Positions 20,948 through 31,698 of a stretch of DNA of 64,000 nt are shown one piece after another. Within the stretch, counting starts at the first letter, position 1, and every line of letters starts with the position of its first letter. Made by a program: the position numbers and the translations under genes. Below the pieces are notes generated by a model. That model ran no database searches, was not told where the DNA came from, and saw only the letters and a list, made by a program, of their open reading frames with translations. Origin of the DNA: an uncultured Alphaproteobacteria bacterium (GTDB taxonomy: Bacteria; Pseudomonadota; Alphaproteobacteria; Rhizobiales; Xanthobacteraceae). The stretch spans positions 142,419 through 206,418 of the forward strand of contig CAVWDA010000035.1 of assembly GCA_963753455.1 (NCBI GenBank), given 5' to 3'.

Positions 20948-23339
20948 ATGGCCGGCAACATCGAAACTTTACGCGAACTGGAAAAGAAGATCCTCTGGCT
21001 CGCCAGTTGGACCATCCACAACGCCAATCACCTGCGCGAGAATTCGGACGGCCTGAAGGTCGGCGGCCACCAGGCGTCGTCGGCCTCGCTCGCCACCATC
21101 ATGACGGCGCTCTACCTCGACGTGCTCAAGCCCGCCGACCGCGTCGCGGTGAAGCCGCACGCCTCGCCGATCTTCCACGCCATCCAGTATTTGCTCGGCA
21201 AGCAGACGCGCGAGCGGCTGGAGACGTTCCGCGGCTACAAGGGCGCGCAGAGCTATCCCTCGCGCACCAAGGACACTGACGACGTCGATTTCTCCACCGG
21301 CTCGGTCGGCCTGGGCGTGGCGCAGACGCTGTTCTCCTCGCTGGTGCAGGACTACGTGCGCGCGCACGGCTGGGGCACGGACCGGCCGGAAGGGCGCATG
21401 GTCGCGCTGGTCGGCGACGCCGAACTCGACGAAGGCAACATCTTCGAAGCGCTGCTCGAAGGCTGGAAGCAGGGCCTGCACAATTGCTGGTGGATCATCG
21501 ACTATAACCGGCAGAGCCTCGACGCGGTCGTGCGCGAGGGCCTATGGGAGCGCTACGAGCAGCTGTTCAAGAATTTCGGCTGGGACGTGGTGATCCTCAA
21601 ATACGGCTCGTTGCAGCAGGCCGCGTTCAAGGAGCCGGGTGGCGAGAAGCTTCGGCAGTGGATCGACAACTGCCCCAACCCGCTTTACTCGGCGCTGGTG
21701 TTCGCCGGCGGCGCCGCCTGGCGCAAGCGGCTCAACGACGAGATCGGCGACCACGGCGACGTCAGCCGGCTGATCGAGAAACGCTCCGACGACGAGCTTG
21801 CCGCGCTGATGAACAATCTCGGCGGACACGATCTGCCGTCGGTGCTCGAAGCATTCCATGCCGTCACCAGCGACAAGCCGACCTGCTTCATCTGTTACAC
21901 CGTCAAAGGCTTCGGCCTGCCAATGGCGGGCCACAAAGACAATCACGCCGGGCTGATGACGCCGGCGCAGATGGAGGCGTTCCGCAAGGCGATGGCGGTG
22001 CGCCCGGGCCATGAATGGGACAAGTTCGAAGGCCTCACGCTGCCGGCGGCAGACTTGCAAAAATTTCTCGACAGAGTGCCGTTTGCATCCGACCGCGCGC
22101 GGCGTCTCAGCACGCCAGCCGGTCGAGGTGCCGGAAACGCTGGCGATTGCCATCCAGCCGACGATGGCGACGCAGACCGGCTTCGGCGCGCTGCTCAACG
22201 AAATCGGCCGCGGCGACAGCACGATTCGCCCAGCGCATCGTCACCACCTCGCCGGACGTCACCGTCTCGACCAATCTCGGGCCCTTGGGTGAACCGGCGC
22301 GGCCTGTTCGCGCGCCAAGCCATGGCCGACACGTTCAAGAGCGAGCGCATCCCGTCGACCTTCAATTGGGAATTTTCGCCGAAGGGCCAGCACATCGAGC
22401 TCGGCATCGCCGAGATGAACCTGTTCATCCTGCTCTCCGCGCTCGGCCTCTCGCACTCGATCAACGGCGAGCGGCTGCTGCCGGTCGGCACGCTGTACGA
22501 TCCTTTCATCGCGCGCGGCCTCGATGCATTGAATTACGCCTGCTACCAGGATGCGCGCTTTATCCTCGTCGCGACGCCGTCGGGCATCACGCTCGCCGGC
22601 GAAGGCGGCGCGCATCAATCGATCGCCGAGCCGCTGATCGGGCTGGCGCAGGACGGCCTTGCCGCCTTCGAGCCCGCCTATGTCGACGAACTCGCGGTGA
22701 TCCTGCGTTGGGCCTTCGCCTACATCCAAAAAAGCGGCGACGAGATTTCTGAGCGCAACTGGCTGCGCGACGAAACCGGTGGCTCGGTCTATCTGCGGCT
22801 CTCCACAAGGCCGGTCGAGCAGATCGAACGCACAATGACCGCCGAACTGGTGCAGCAGATCGTCGACGGCGCCTATTGGCTGCGCAAGCCGGGGCCAAAC
22901 GCCCAAGTGATCGTCGCCTATACCGGCGCCATCGCGCCGGAAGCGATCGAGGCGATAGGCCTGATGGGAGAGGACCGCCGCGACGTCGGCCTGCTGGCGG
23001 TGACGTCAGCCGACCGGCTCAATGCCGGCTGGACCGCGGCGCAGCGGGCGCGCGAACGAGGCCTGGTGCACGCGCGCTCGCACATCGAGCGGCTGCTGGC
23101 GGACGTGCCGCCGCATTGCGGCATCGTCAGCGTGCTCGACGGCCATCCGGCGACATTGGCCTGGCTCGGTGCGGTCGCCGGCCATCGCACGCGGCGCTTT
23201 GGGCGTCGAGCATTTCGGCCAGACCGGCGCGCTTGCCGACCTCTACCGGCACTATGGCATCGACGCCAACGCCATCGTTGCCGCGGCGCAGGCCATCGCG
23301 CCGGGACGGCCGATTAGGCATTTGAAAGCGCTGCCATAA
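20948..23339 (+). CDS. AceE/transketolase-like TPP-dependent 2-oxoacid dehydrogenase E1 (frameshifts ~22110, ~22225, ~22285, ~23200)
   Basis: VGGHQASSAS, QSYPSR, STGSVGLG, TPP motif GDAELDEG..DYNRQSLD, GIAEMNL, EGGAHQS; C-terminus LGVEHFGQTG in ORF 23022-23339. Confidence 0.85.
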
Positions 23340-23361
23340 CCTTGAGCGTTGCGCGCGCGGA

Positions 23362-24993
23362 CTACTGTTTGGCATCCTGCAAAATCATCGCCGCGCCTTT
23401 TTCGGCGATCATCATGGTCGGCGAATTGGTGTTGCCGGAGGTGATCGACGGCATGACGGAAGCATCCGCCACGCGCAGACCGTCGATGCCGATGACCTTG
23501 AGCCGCGCATCGACTACCGCGTTTGCGTCGTCGGCGCGGCCCATGCGCGCGGTGCCGACGGGGTGGAAAATAGTGGTGCCGATGTCGCCGGCCGCTTTGA
23601 CCAGACCCGCCTCATCGTCGTCGCGCACCTGCGGCCCCGGCAGATATTCAGAGGGTGAATAAGGCTGCAGCGCCGGCTGCGCCACGATCTTGCGGGTGAC
23701 GCGGATCGAATCGGCGGCAACGCGCCGATCCTCCGGCGTCGCCAGATAGTTTGGGTGGATCGCCGGCGCCGCGGCGGGGTCCGCCGATTTCAGCGTCAGC
23801 GTGCCACGGCTGGTCGGCCGCACATTCGTGACGCTGACGGTGAAGGCCGGAAACGCGTGCAGCGGATCGCCAAACTTGTCGAGCGACAGCGGCTGGATGT
23901 GATACTCCAAATTCGCGCGATCCTGCGTGGAGTCGGACTTGGCGAAGGCGCCGAGCTGCGACGGCGCCATCGTCAAGGGTCCGCGCCGGAACAACGCATA
24001 ATTGACGCCCATCCAGGCGCGCTGCAGCAGCGAGGAATACATCTGGTTCAGCGTCGTGATGCCGGTGACCTTGTAGATCAGACGCAGTTGCAGGTGATCG
24101 TGCAGGTTGCCGCCGACGCCCGGCTTGTCGAGCACGACGGGAATGCCGAATTGCGCAAGTTGCGCCGCAGGGCCTAAGCCCGACAGCATCATAATCTGCG
24201 GCGAGCCGAGCGAGCCGGCCGTCATGATCACCTCGCCGCGGCAGCGCGCCGAGCGCGCGGCCCCGTCCTGCCGCCAGCGCACGCCAACGCAGCGCTTGCT
24301 TTCGAACAGCAAGCTTTCGACCATGCACCCGGTCTCCAGTCGCAAATTCTGCCGGTGCAGCGCCGGCTTGAGGAAGCCGCGCGCTGCCGACCAGCGCCGG
24401 CCGCGCTTCTGGTTGACGTGGAAATAGCAGGAGCCTTCGTTGTCGCCGGTGTTGAAATCGTTGACCGAGGGAATGCCGTATTGCTTCGCCGCCTCGCGCC
24501 AGACGTCGATAATGTCCCAGCGCAGGCGCGGGAATTCGACGCGCCATTCGCCGCCGACGCCATGGTGTTCGCTTGGCCCGAGAAAGCTGTCCTCGTGCTT
24601 CTTGAAATAGGGCAGCACGTCGTCCCAGGACCATCCCGGCAGACCGAGCTGACGCCAATGATCGTAGTCGCCGGCCTGCCCGCGCATATAGATCATGGCG
24701 TTGATCGCCGACGAGCCGCCGATCACCTTGCCGCGCGGATAATTCAGGCTGCGGCCGTTGAGGCCGGGCTCGGATTCGGTCTTGAACATCCAGTCCGAGC
24801 GCGGATTGCCGATAGCAAACAGATAGCCGACCGGAATGTGAAACCAGATCCAATTGTCGCGACCACCGGCTTCCAGCAGCAGCACGCGGTTCTTCGGATC
24901 GGCGGACAGCCGATTCGCCAGCACGCAGCCGGCCGAGCCGGCGCCAACAACGATGTAGTCGAACTCTCCTTCAATGGGCGAAATGTCCGCCAT
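23362..24993 (-). CDS. GMC oxidoreductase (choline dehydrogenase-like)
   Basis: GAGSAG, RGKVIGGSSAINAMIY, FHPVGTARMG, SGNTNSPT. Confidence 0.92.
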   Translation of the reverse strand: MADISPIEGEFDYIVVGAGSAGCVLANRLSADPKNRVLLLEAGGRDNWIWFHIPVGYLFAIGNPRSDWMFKTESEPGLNGRSLNYPRGKVIGGSSAINAMIYMRGQAGDYDHWRQLGLPGWSWDDVLPYFKKHEDSFLGPSEHHGVGGEWRVEFPRLRWDIIDVWREAAKQYGIPSVNDFNTGDNEGSCYFHVNQKRGRRWSAARGFLKPALHRQNLRLETGCMVESLLFESKRCVGVRWRQDGAARSARCRGEVIMTAGSLGSPQIMMLSGLGPAAQLAQFGIPVVLDKPGVGGNLHDHLQLRLIYKVTGITTLNQMYSSLLQRAWMGVNYALFRRGPLTMAPSQLGAFAKSDSTQDRANLEYHIQPLSLDKFGDPLHAFPAFTVSVTNVRPTSRGTLTLKSADPAAAPAIHPNYLATPEDRRVAADSIRVTRKIVAQPALQPYSPSEYLPGPQVRDDDEAGLVKAAGDIGTTIFHPVGTARMGRADDANAVVDARLKVIGIDGLRVADASVMPSITSGNTNSPTMMIAEKGAAMILQDAKQ

Positions 24994-25096
24994 TGCCGTT
25001 TCCTCGCCGTCGCGGAACGCGATTGTAACCTGCCCGGCTGGACTTACTAGGCATGGCTGGACCTGCAGACCCAGACGGACGGTGTATGATGGCGTG

Positions 25097-25894
25097 ATGT
25101 TCCCGCCCGAACGAATCGTCTGCCTGACCGAGGAGACCGTGGAGACGCTCTATCTCCTCGGCGAAGAGCGCCGCATTGTCGGCGTCTCCGGCTATGCGGT
25201 GCGGCCGCCGCAGGTCCGCAAGGAGAAGCCGCGCGTCGCCGCCTTCATCTCGGCCGACGTGCCGAAAATCCTCGCGCTCATGCCCCGATCTGGTGCTGAC
25301 CTTCTCCGATCTGCAGGCCGACATTGTCGCCGATCTGATGCGCGCCAATGTCGCCGTACATGCCTTCAATCAGCGCGACGTCACCGGGATTTTCGCCATG
25401 ATCCGCACGCTCGGCGCGCTGGTCGGCGCGGGTGACAAAGCCGAGGCGCTCGCCGGCTCACTCGCCGCCCGCGTCGGTGCGGTGCATGAGCGCGCGCTTA
25501 GCCCTGCCGCGCCGGCCGCGCGTCTATTTCGAGGAATGGGACGAACCGATGATCTGCGGGCCTCGGCTGGGTGTCGGAGTTGATCGAGGTCGCCGGCGGC
25601 ATCGAGGTATTCCCGCAGCTTGCCGCGCGCAAGAATGCCAAAGACCGTATCGTTTCGCCCGCCGACGTGATCGGAGCCAAACCCGACATCATCATCGGCT
25701 CCTGGTGCGGCAAGAAATTCGTGCCGGCGAAAGTCGCGACGAGGCCGGGTTTCGGCGAAGTTCCGGCGGTCGCCAGCGGCTGGCTGCGCGAGATCAAATC
25801 GACGCTGATCCTGCAACCGGGCCCAGCTGCGCTGACCGACGGGCTCGACCGGCTCGCCGACATCATCGCCGAATGGGTGAAAACCGCCGCCTGA
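25097..25894 (+). CDS. BtuF-like cobalamin-binding protein (frameshifts ~25283, ~25500, ~25560)
   Basis: Joined frames give MFPPERIVCLTEETVETLYLLG / PDLVLTFSDLQ / RPRVYFEEWDEPMI / WVSELIEVAGG / ILQPGPAALTDG. Confidence 0.8.
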
Positions 25895-25963
25895 GAATTA
25901 ACCGCGCAGAGGCGTGAAATCGGCCGGCGGATGTGCTAGCAAGGCCGGACGCAAAGCAGAGGA

Positions 25964-26518
25964 ATGAATTCGATGCAGCCGAATAAAGCCCGCGCCGACC
26001 TGTGGATGGACCTGGCTCTGGTGGCCTTCCTCATCGCCTTCAACGTGGCCGCACGACTCTTGCCGCATGTGCCGGGAGTCTGGCCACTCGCCGCCAGCTC
26101 GCTGTTCGCCGGCCGCATGCTGCGCCTACCGGCGCTGGCCCTGATCGTGCCCTTCGGCGCCATTATGCTGAGCGATCTTGGGCTTGCCGGCGACGATTGG
26201 CGGGTCACGGCAATTGTCTGCGCCGCGGTCACGCTGCCGGCCTTCGCCGGCATGCTGGCGCGCCGCTGGCACGGCGCGGTTCCAGTCATTGCGGCGATGC
26301 TGTCGTGCTCGCTGATATTCTTCGTGACCACGAATTTCGCGGTCTGGGCCTTCAACGGTATGTATCCGATGAATTTCCAGGGCCTGGTGCAATGTTACGT
26401 CGCGGCGCTGCCGTTCCTGGACAAGACCGTACTTGGCGATCTGTTCTGGACTGGGGTGCTGTTCGGCGGCGTCTGGTTGGTGCAGCACGGCCCTGCGCTG
26501 GCGCGGCGCGCGCACTAA
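25964..26518 (+). CDS. DUF6580-like putative transport membrane protein
   Basis: ARLLPH..WPLAASSLFAG, MLSD, SLIFFVTTNFAVW, CYVAALPF..GDLFW. Confidence 0.75.
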   Translation: MNSMQPNKARADLWMDLALVAFLIAFNVAARLLPHVPGVWPLAASSLFAGRMLRLPALALIVPFGAIMLSDLGLAGDDWRVTAIVCAAVTLPAFAGMLARRWHGAVPVIAAMLSCSLIFFVTTNFAVWAFNGMYPMNFQGLVQCYVAALPFLDKTVLGDLFWTGVLFGGVWLVQHGPALARRAH

Positions 26519-28293
26519 CCAAAATACTTCTGAATCCGCGTCCATAACGATTTGAGGCGGCCGATCGGGTTGGCCGCTTCTTCCGGCTCGTCCAGCCTTA
26601 GGCCGACGGTGGCGACGCGGCCATTGGCGACGGCGTGTGCCAACAGCGCAATCGGGCCGAGCTGCACGATATCGCCGGTCTTCGCCGCGCGGCCGAGTTG
26701 CTCGGTGAAGAAGTCGGCCAACGCTACCTTCATGTGATCGGCGGCGACCTGCAGGCCATAGATGTCGGCCAGGTCCCCAAGTGCCGCATCGCCCGGCACG
26801 AAGAAGTCGCCCAACAGCCGCGGATCAGGCGTAGGCGGCGGCGGCATGTTGACGAAGAAGCGGTCGAGTGCCTGCGCCTTCTCCGGCGGCGCCAGCAGAT
26901 AGACGTAATCGCCCTCACGCACCGGATGGGCTTCCACCGGCGTAAGGATTTCCTCATTGCGCACGACCAAAGTCGGCCGCGCCCAATTAGGGATCAGACC
27001 GCGGCGCAGGAACGGGCTGTTGGCCGGCACAGGATAGCCGACGATTTCGCGCGTCATCTGGCCGGGCAGGTCGAGTTCGACCCGGCGCGGCAGCGGATCG
27101 CTGCGCGCGAACGACATGTCGAGCTTGCGGGCGGCGAAGGCCACGGTCCAGCCCTGGATCAGTAGAGACGACAGCACGACCACAAACGCCACGTCGAAGA
27201 ACAGATAGGCCGTCGGCAAGCCGACCAGCAGCGGGATGGAGGCGAGGAAAATCGCCACCGCGCCGCGCAAGCCGACCCAGGACACGAACAGTTTCTCGCG
27301 CCATTGGAAGCCGAAGGGGGCGAGACACAGGAACACCGAGACCGGCCGCGCCACCAGCATCAGCGTCAGCGCGACGATGACGGAGCCGACCAGGCTGTCG
27401 GCCATCCGTTGCGGCCACACCAACAGGCCGAGCAGCACGAACATCACAATCTGCGCCAGCCAGGTAATCGCGTCGAGGAAGACGACGACCGAATTGTGCG
27501 CGCGCGTCTGCCGGTTGCCGACGACCAGCCCAGCGAGATAGACCGCGAGGAAGCCCGAGGAATGCGCCGTATTGGCGGATGCGAACAAGACCAGCGCGCT
27601 CACCGCCACGAACGGCGCGTGCAGGCCCTGCGGCAAGTTGAGCCGGTTGAGCACCATGGCGATGATCCAACCGCCGGTCACGCCGATGATACATCCCAGC
27701 ACCGTATCGCGCAGGAAGACCATCAGTGCATGCGCCCAACCGTGGTCGCCGGCCAGCAGGAACTCCACCAGCAGCAAGGTCAGAAAGACCGCGAACGGAT
27801 CGTTGGTGCCGGATTCGACTTCCAGCGTCGCGCGCACGCGCGGACGCAGGCGCAACCCCCGCGTATTGATCAGCAAAAACACGGCGGCCGCGTCGGTCGA
27901 TGCGACCACGGCGCCGACCAGCAAGGCCTGCATCCAGGAGAGACCAAGAACCACCTTGGCGACCGGCGCAGTCAGCAGCGTGGTGATCAACACGCCGACG
28001 GTCGCCAGCGTGGTCGCCGGCGCCAGCACGTTGCGGAAGGTGGCGAACCGCGTGCGCAAGCCGCCGTCGAACAGGATCAGCGCCAGCGCAATCGAGCCGA
28101 CTGTATAGGCCGTGCGAACGCTATCGAATTTGAGGGCGCCCGGGCCACCCTCGCCCGCCAATACGCCGAGCAGCAGAAACACCAGCAGCAAAGGGGCGCC
28201 GAAGCGCAGCGCGATCAGGCTCGACAGGATGCCGGCCAGCACCAGCAGGCTGCCGAGCAGGATGGCGATGCTGATGGAATCGAGCGAGGCCAC
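26515..28293 (-). CDS. cvrA: K+/H+ antiporter NhaP2/CvrA
   Basis: ILFDGGLRT, STDAAAVF, EVESGTNDP, WVGLRGAV; C-terminal TrkA-C and CorC-like domains; AGGAG RBS. Confidence 0.92.
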   Translation of the reverse strand: MASLDSISIAILLGSLLVLAGILSSLIALRFGAPLLLVFLLLGVLAGEGGPGALKFDSVRTAYTVGSIALALILFDGGLRTRFATFRNVLAPATTLATVGVLITTLLTAPVAKVVLGLSWMQALLVGAVVASTDAAAVFLLINTRGLRLRPRVRATLEVESGTNDPFAVFLTLLLVEFLLAGDHGWAHALMVFLRDTVLGCIIGVTGGWIIAMVLNRLNLPQGLHAPFVAVSALVLFASANTAHSSGFLAVYLAGLVVGNRQTRAHNSVVVFLDAITWLAQIVMFVLLGLLVWPQRMADSLVGSVIVALTLMLVARPVSVFLCLAPFGFQWREKLFVSWVGLRGAVAIFLASIPLLVGLPTAYLFFDVAFVVVLSSLLIQGWTVAFAARKLDMSFARSDPLPRRVELDLPGQMTREIVGYPVPANSPFLRRGLIPNWARPTLVVRNEEILTPVEAHPVREGDYVYLLAPPEKAQALDRFFVNMPPPPTPDPRLLGDFFVPGDAALGDLADIYGLQVAADHMKVALADFFTEQLGRAAKTGDIVQLGPIALLAHAVANGRVATVGLRLDEPEEAANPIGRLKSLWTRIQKYFG

Positions 28294-28350
28294 GGTGCGA
28301 ATCTCCTGACGCTATAGGAGGGTTTCGCGCGGGCGAGAGCAATGTCAATT

Positions 28351-28424
28351 CCGTTCGTCCCCGCGGAAGCGGGGACCCAGTTCTTAGCCAAAGAGCTGGA
28401 TTCCCGCTTACCGGGAATGAACGG
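28351..28424. repeat. Palindromic element family A
   Basis: CCGTTCGTCCCCGCGGAAGCGGGGACCCAG ... CTGGATTCCCGCTTACCGGGAATGAACGG. Confidence 0.85.
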
Positions 28425-28453
28425 GAGAATGTCCGCAGCCTCGGCGGAACGAC

Positions 28454-29389
28454 TTAGAACGCCACTTTATCTCCGCCCTTGAGCGAGAGAATCTCGCGCG
28501 CATCGTCGGGTGAGGCGATCTCCAGCCCGAGGCCTTCGAGAATCTGGCGCACCTTCTTGACCTGCTGGGCGTTCGACTCCGCCAATTGTCCGGCGCCGAG
28601 CCACAGCGAATCCTCCATGCCGACCCGCACATTGCCGCCCATGGACGCCGCCATGGCCGCCACCCGCATCTGCGCGCCGCCGGCGCCTAGCACCGACCAG
28701 CAATAATTGTCGCCGAGCAGCCGGTCGGCGGTGCGCTTCATCATCATGACGTCTTCCGGGTGCGTGCCGATGCCGCCGAGAATGCCGAACACCGACTGCA
28801 CGAACAGCGGCGGCTTCACCAGGCCGCGGTCGAGGAAATGGCGCAGCGTGTAGAGATGCCCGATGTCGTAGCACTCGATCTCGAAGCGCGTGTCGTTTCC
28901 GGCGCAGGTGGTGAGGATGTATTCGATGTCGGCGAAGGTGTTCTTGAACATGCCCTTGCGCGAGCCCTCGAGGTACGGCTCCTCCCAGTCGTATTTGAAC
29001 TTGCCTTTGTAGCGCGGGATCATCGGGTAGAGCCCGAAATTCATCGTGCCCATGTTCAGCGAGGCGACTTCCGGCTTGAAGGTCGCGGCCGGGCGCACGC
29101 GCTCCTCGGCGGTCATGGTGGGCGCGCCGCCGGTGGTGATGTTCACCACCACGTTGGAGCGCTGCTTGATCACTTTGAGGAACGGGGCGAAGGCCTCCGG
29201 CGACTGGTCAGGCCGGCCGTCCTGCGGATTGCGCGCATGCAGGTGGACGACCGCCGCGCCGGCCTCGGCGGCGGCGATTGCGTTGTCGGCGATTTCCTGC
29301 GGGGTCACCGGCAGATGCGGCGACATCGAGGGTGTGTGGATCGAGCCGGTTACGGCACAGGTGATGATGACTTTGCGCGGCTTCGCCAT
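28454..29389 (-). CDS. Beta-keto acid cleavage enzyme (BKACE/DUF849)
   Basis: IITCAVTG, VHLHAR, ASLNMGTMNF, VRVGMED. Confidence 0.93.
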   Translation of the reverse strand: MAKPRKVIITCAVTGSIHTPSMSPHLPVTPQEIADNAIAAAEAGAAVVHLHARNPQDGRPDQSPEAFAPFLKVIKQRSNVVVNITTGGAPTMTAEERVRPAATFKPEVASLNMGTMNFGLYPMIPRYKGKFKYDWEEPYLEGSRKGMFKNTFADIEYILTTCAGNDTRFEIECYDIGHLYTLRHFLDRGLVKPPLFVQSVFGILGGIGTHPEDVMMMKRTADRLLGDNYCWSVLGAGGAQMRVAAMAASMGGNVRVGMEDSLWLGAGQLAESNAQQVKKVRQILEGLGLEIASPDDAREILSLKGGDKVAF

Positions 29390-29487
29390 GAGCTTTCCAT
29401 CCCGGTAAAGTGAGGCTTTTGATTTCGCGATTGGACTAGGGTGCCGATCCTAGAGTATCAGCCGTGTCCAAGTCACCCTGTTCACTC

Positions 29488-29542
29488 GCGCATGATCCAT
29501 TCCGAAAACGGGTCCCATCCCGGATCAAGTCGGGTCATGCGC
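29488..29542. repeat. Degenerate RIME/motif C-like palindromic element (family B)
   Basis: GCGCATGATCC..TCCGAAAACGG...GGTCATGCGC, similar to 52118-52164. Confidence 0.55.
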
Positions 29543-29555
29543 CGGAGCTATCGCC

Positions 29556-30458
29556 TTGGATCGAGACAGCGAACCTGCGGTGGCGCGGACATCCGGTATC
29601 CTGATCGGCGTGTTGTGCGGCACCGGGGCCGCATTCGGCTGGGCGGCCGGTTTTGTCGCGGCCAAGCACGGCATCAGCATCGGCTTCTCGGCCGCCGATC
29701 TGGCGCTGCACCGCTTCTTGTGGTCCGGCCTGCTGCTGATGCCGATCGTCCTGCGTGACGGCTTCATGGATCTCGGCGGCATCGGCTGGAGCCGCGGCCT
29801 GGCGATGAGCGTGTTGTCCGGCCCGCCGCAGGCGATGATCGCCTATACCGGTTTCATGCTGGTGCCGCTCGGCCACGGCACCACCATCCAGCCCGCCTGC
29901 GCGGCACTGTCCGGGCTGATTCTCGCCACTCTAGTGCTGGGCGAACATCCGACCGCGCAGCGTGTCCTCGGCGGCGCGACCATCATCGCGGGCCTCATGG
30001 TGTTCGGCATAGAATCACTCACCACCATCGGCAGCCACGGCGTCGGCGGCGACCTGCTGTTCGCCACCGCCGGATTGTTCTGGGCGACCTTCGGCATCCT
30101 GCTGCGCTATTGGCGCGTGTCGGGCACGCGCGCGGTCGCCGCGGTCGGCGCGCTGTCGGTCGTGGTGTTCGCGCCGCTGTACGTCGCGTTCGTCGGCTTT
30201 GACGGGCTGCTCCAGATGGGTTGGTATGAAAACCTGCTGCAGGCCGTCGTACAAGGCGTTCTCGCCGGCATGTTGCCGATCTATCTGTTCGCGCGCGCGG
30301 TGATCTTGCTCGGCGCCGGCCGCGCGGCCACCTTCCCGGCGCTGGTGCCGGGATTCTCGATGATCGTCGGCTTTCTCGCGCTCGGCGTGGTGCCGAGCAT
30401 CCCGCAGCTCGCCGGGTTACTGATCGTTTGGGTCGGTTTTTATTTCACGCTGCGATAG
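29556..30458 (+). CDS. EamA/DMT family transporter
   Basis: About ten TM segments in two repeats, LVLGEHP, LGAGRAATF. Confidence 0.85.
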   Translation: MDRDSEPAVARTSGILIGVLCGTGAAFGWAAGFVAAKHGISIGFSAADLALHRFLWSGLLLMPIVLRDGFMDLGGIGWSRGLAMSVLSGPPQAMIAYTGFMLVPLGHGTTIQPACAALSGLILATLVLGEHPTAQRVLGGATIIAGLMVFGIESLTTIGSHGVGGDLLFATAGLFWATFGILLRYWRVSGTRAVAAVGALSVVVFAPLYVAFVGFDGLLQMGWYENLLQAVVQGVLAGMLPIYLFARAVILLGAGRAATFPALVPGFSMIVGFLALGVVPSIPQLAGLLIVWVGFYFTLR

Positions 30459-30465
30459 CTTGTTG

Positions 30466-31698
30466 TCACTCCGGCCCCGCGTATTTCCCGGCCGTCTCCG
30501 GGAACATGTTTTTGACGATCTTGAATTTCGAGATGTCGACCGTTGCGTCCATGTGCATGAAGATGATGGCGTCACGCAGCACCTTCTCGATACCGAAATC
30601 GAGCATGATACCGTTGCCGCCGTGCAATTCGACCGCGTGCTGCGCGACCTTCATGATCTCTTCCGAGGCGAACATCTTGGCCATGTTGACCAGGGTCTCC
30701 GCCGCCGGCGCGTTGTCGTCCACGGCCGCCGCGGCGCGGTCGAGCAGCGCGCGCACCGCCTCGATCTTGGTCGCCATGTCGGCGAGCCGCAACGCCACCG
30801 CCTGATGCTTGATCAAAATTCGGCCGCCCTGCACGTAGTTCTGCACGTAGTCGGCGGTCGCCTCGAAAGCGCGCACGCCGACGCCGAGGTTCTTGGCGGC
30901 CTGGATGATCTTGCCGGGGCGGAAATAGACGCCGGCCGAGCCCATCGCGCTATCCTGCACCAGCAATTGGTCGTCGGGGATGAACATGTCTTCGAACACC
31001 ATCTCGCCGTTGTTCATGAAGCGGCAACCGAGCGTCTCGTTGCAGCGCGCCACCGTGAAACCCTTGGTCTCGCGCGGCACCAGGAACGATGACGTCCCCT
31101 GCAACATGCCGACCTTGGGATTGGTGTTGGCGTAGACGACGTAGAGCGAGGCGTCGTAGCCATTGGAGATGAATTGTTTGCGGCCGTTGATGATCCAGCC
31201 GCCGGTGGTCTTTATCGCCCTCGTCTGCATCGCCGCTTCCGGCACGTTGTAGGGCAGCCAGCGGTCGGAGGCGCCGCGCGGCTCGGTCAGGCAATGCGCC
31301 ATTAAAAATTGCGGCTCGGCGACCAGGCGCTTGAACCAATGCTCCTGGTGATGCTTGGGCGCGAACTGGCGCAGCAGCACCGAGACCTTCCAGTTCTGCA
31401 CCAGCTTGTCGGCAAGCCCGGAATCGCCGCGCGCGATCTCCTCGGCGACGAGCGCGAAGGTCCGCACTTCGGTGCCCTTTTCGAGCTCGACGCCGCCGTA
31501 TTCTTCCGGCACGCCGAGCGTGCGGATGCCGACCTTCTCGGCGCCTTCCAGGATCGACAGCGGCAGCCGTTCCTCCGGCACCATCGACCATTCTTTCTGC
31601 CAATTCTTCCTGATGTAAGGCAGCACCATCTCGTCGACGAAATCGCGGCAGCTCTGCCGCATCATCTTTTGTTCTTCGGACAATCCTCGGTCGTACAT
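30466..31698 (-). CDS. Acyl-CoA dehydrogenase family protein
   Basis: PEEYGG, CLTEPRGASD, INGRKQFISNG, ELHGGNG; AAGGA RBS. Confidence 0.9.
   Translation of the reverse strand: MYDRGLSEEQKMMRQSCRDFVDEMVLPYIRKNWQKEWSMVPEERLPLSILEGAEKVGIRTLGVPEEYGGVELEKGTEVRTFALVAEEIARGDSGLADKLVQNWKVSVLLRQFAPKHHQEHWFKRLVAEPQFLMAHCLTEPRGASDRWLPYNVPEAAMQTRAIKTTGGWIINGRKQFISNGYDASLYVVYANTNPKVGMLQGTSSFLVPRETKGFTVARCNETLGCRFMNNGEMVFEDMFIPDDQLLVQDSAMGSAGVYFRPGKIIQAAKNLGVGVRAFEATADYVQNYVQGGRILIKHQAVALRLADMATKIEAVRALLDRAAAAVDDNAPAAETLVNMAKMFASEEIMKVAQHAVELHGGNGIMLDFGIEKVLRDAIIFMHMDATVDISKFKIVKNMFPETAGKYAGPE

Noticed and set aside
22100-22290. Programmed frameshifting or an inserted domain in the AceE-like gene
   Set aside because: No slippery heptamers seen; conserved sequence continues in the other two frames, fitting three single-base insertions
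24994-25096. Possible cobalamin riboswitch before the BtuF-like gene
   Set aside because: Only about 100 bp, no B12-box, and the -10 element abuts the ATG
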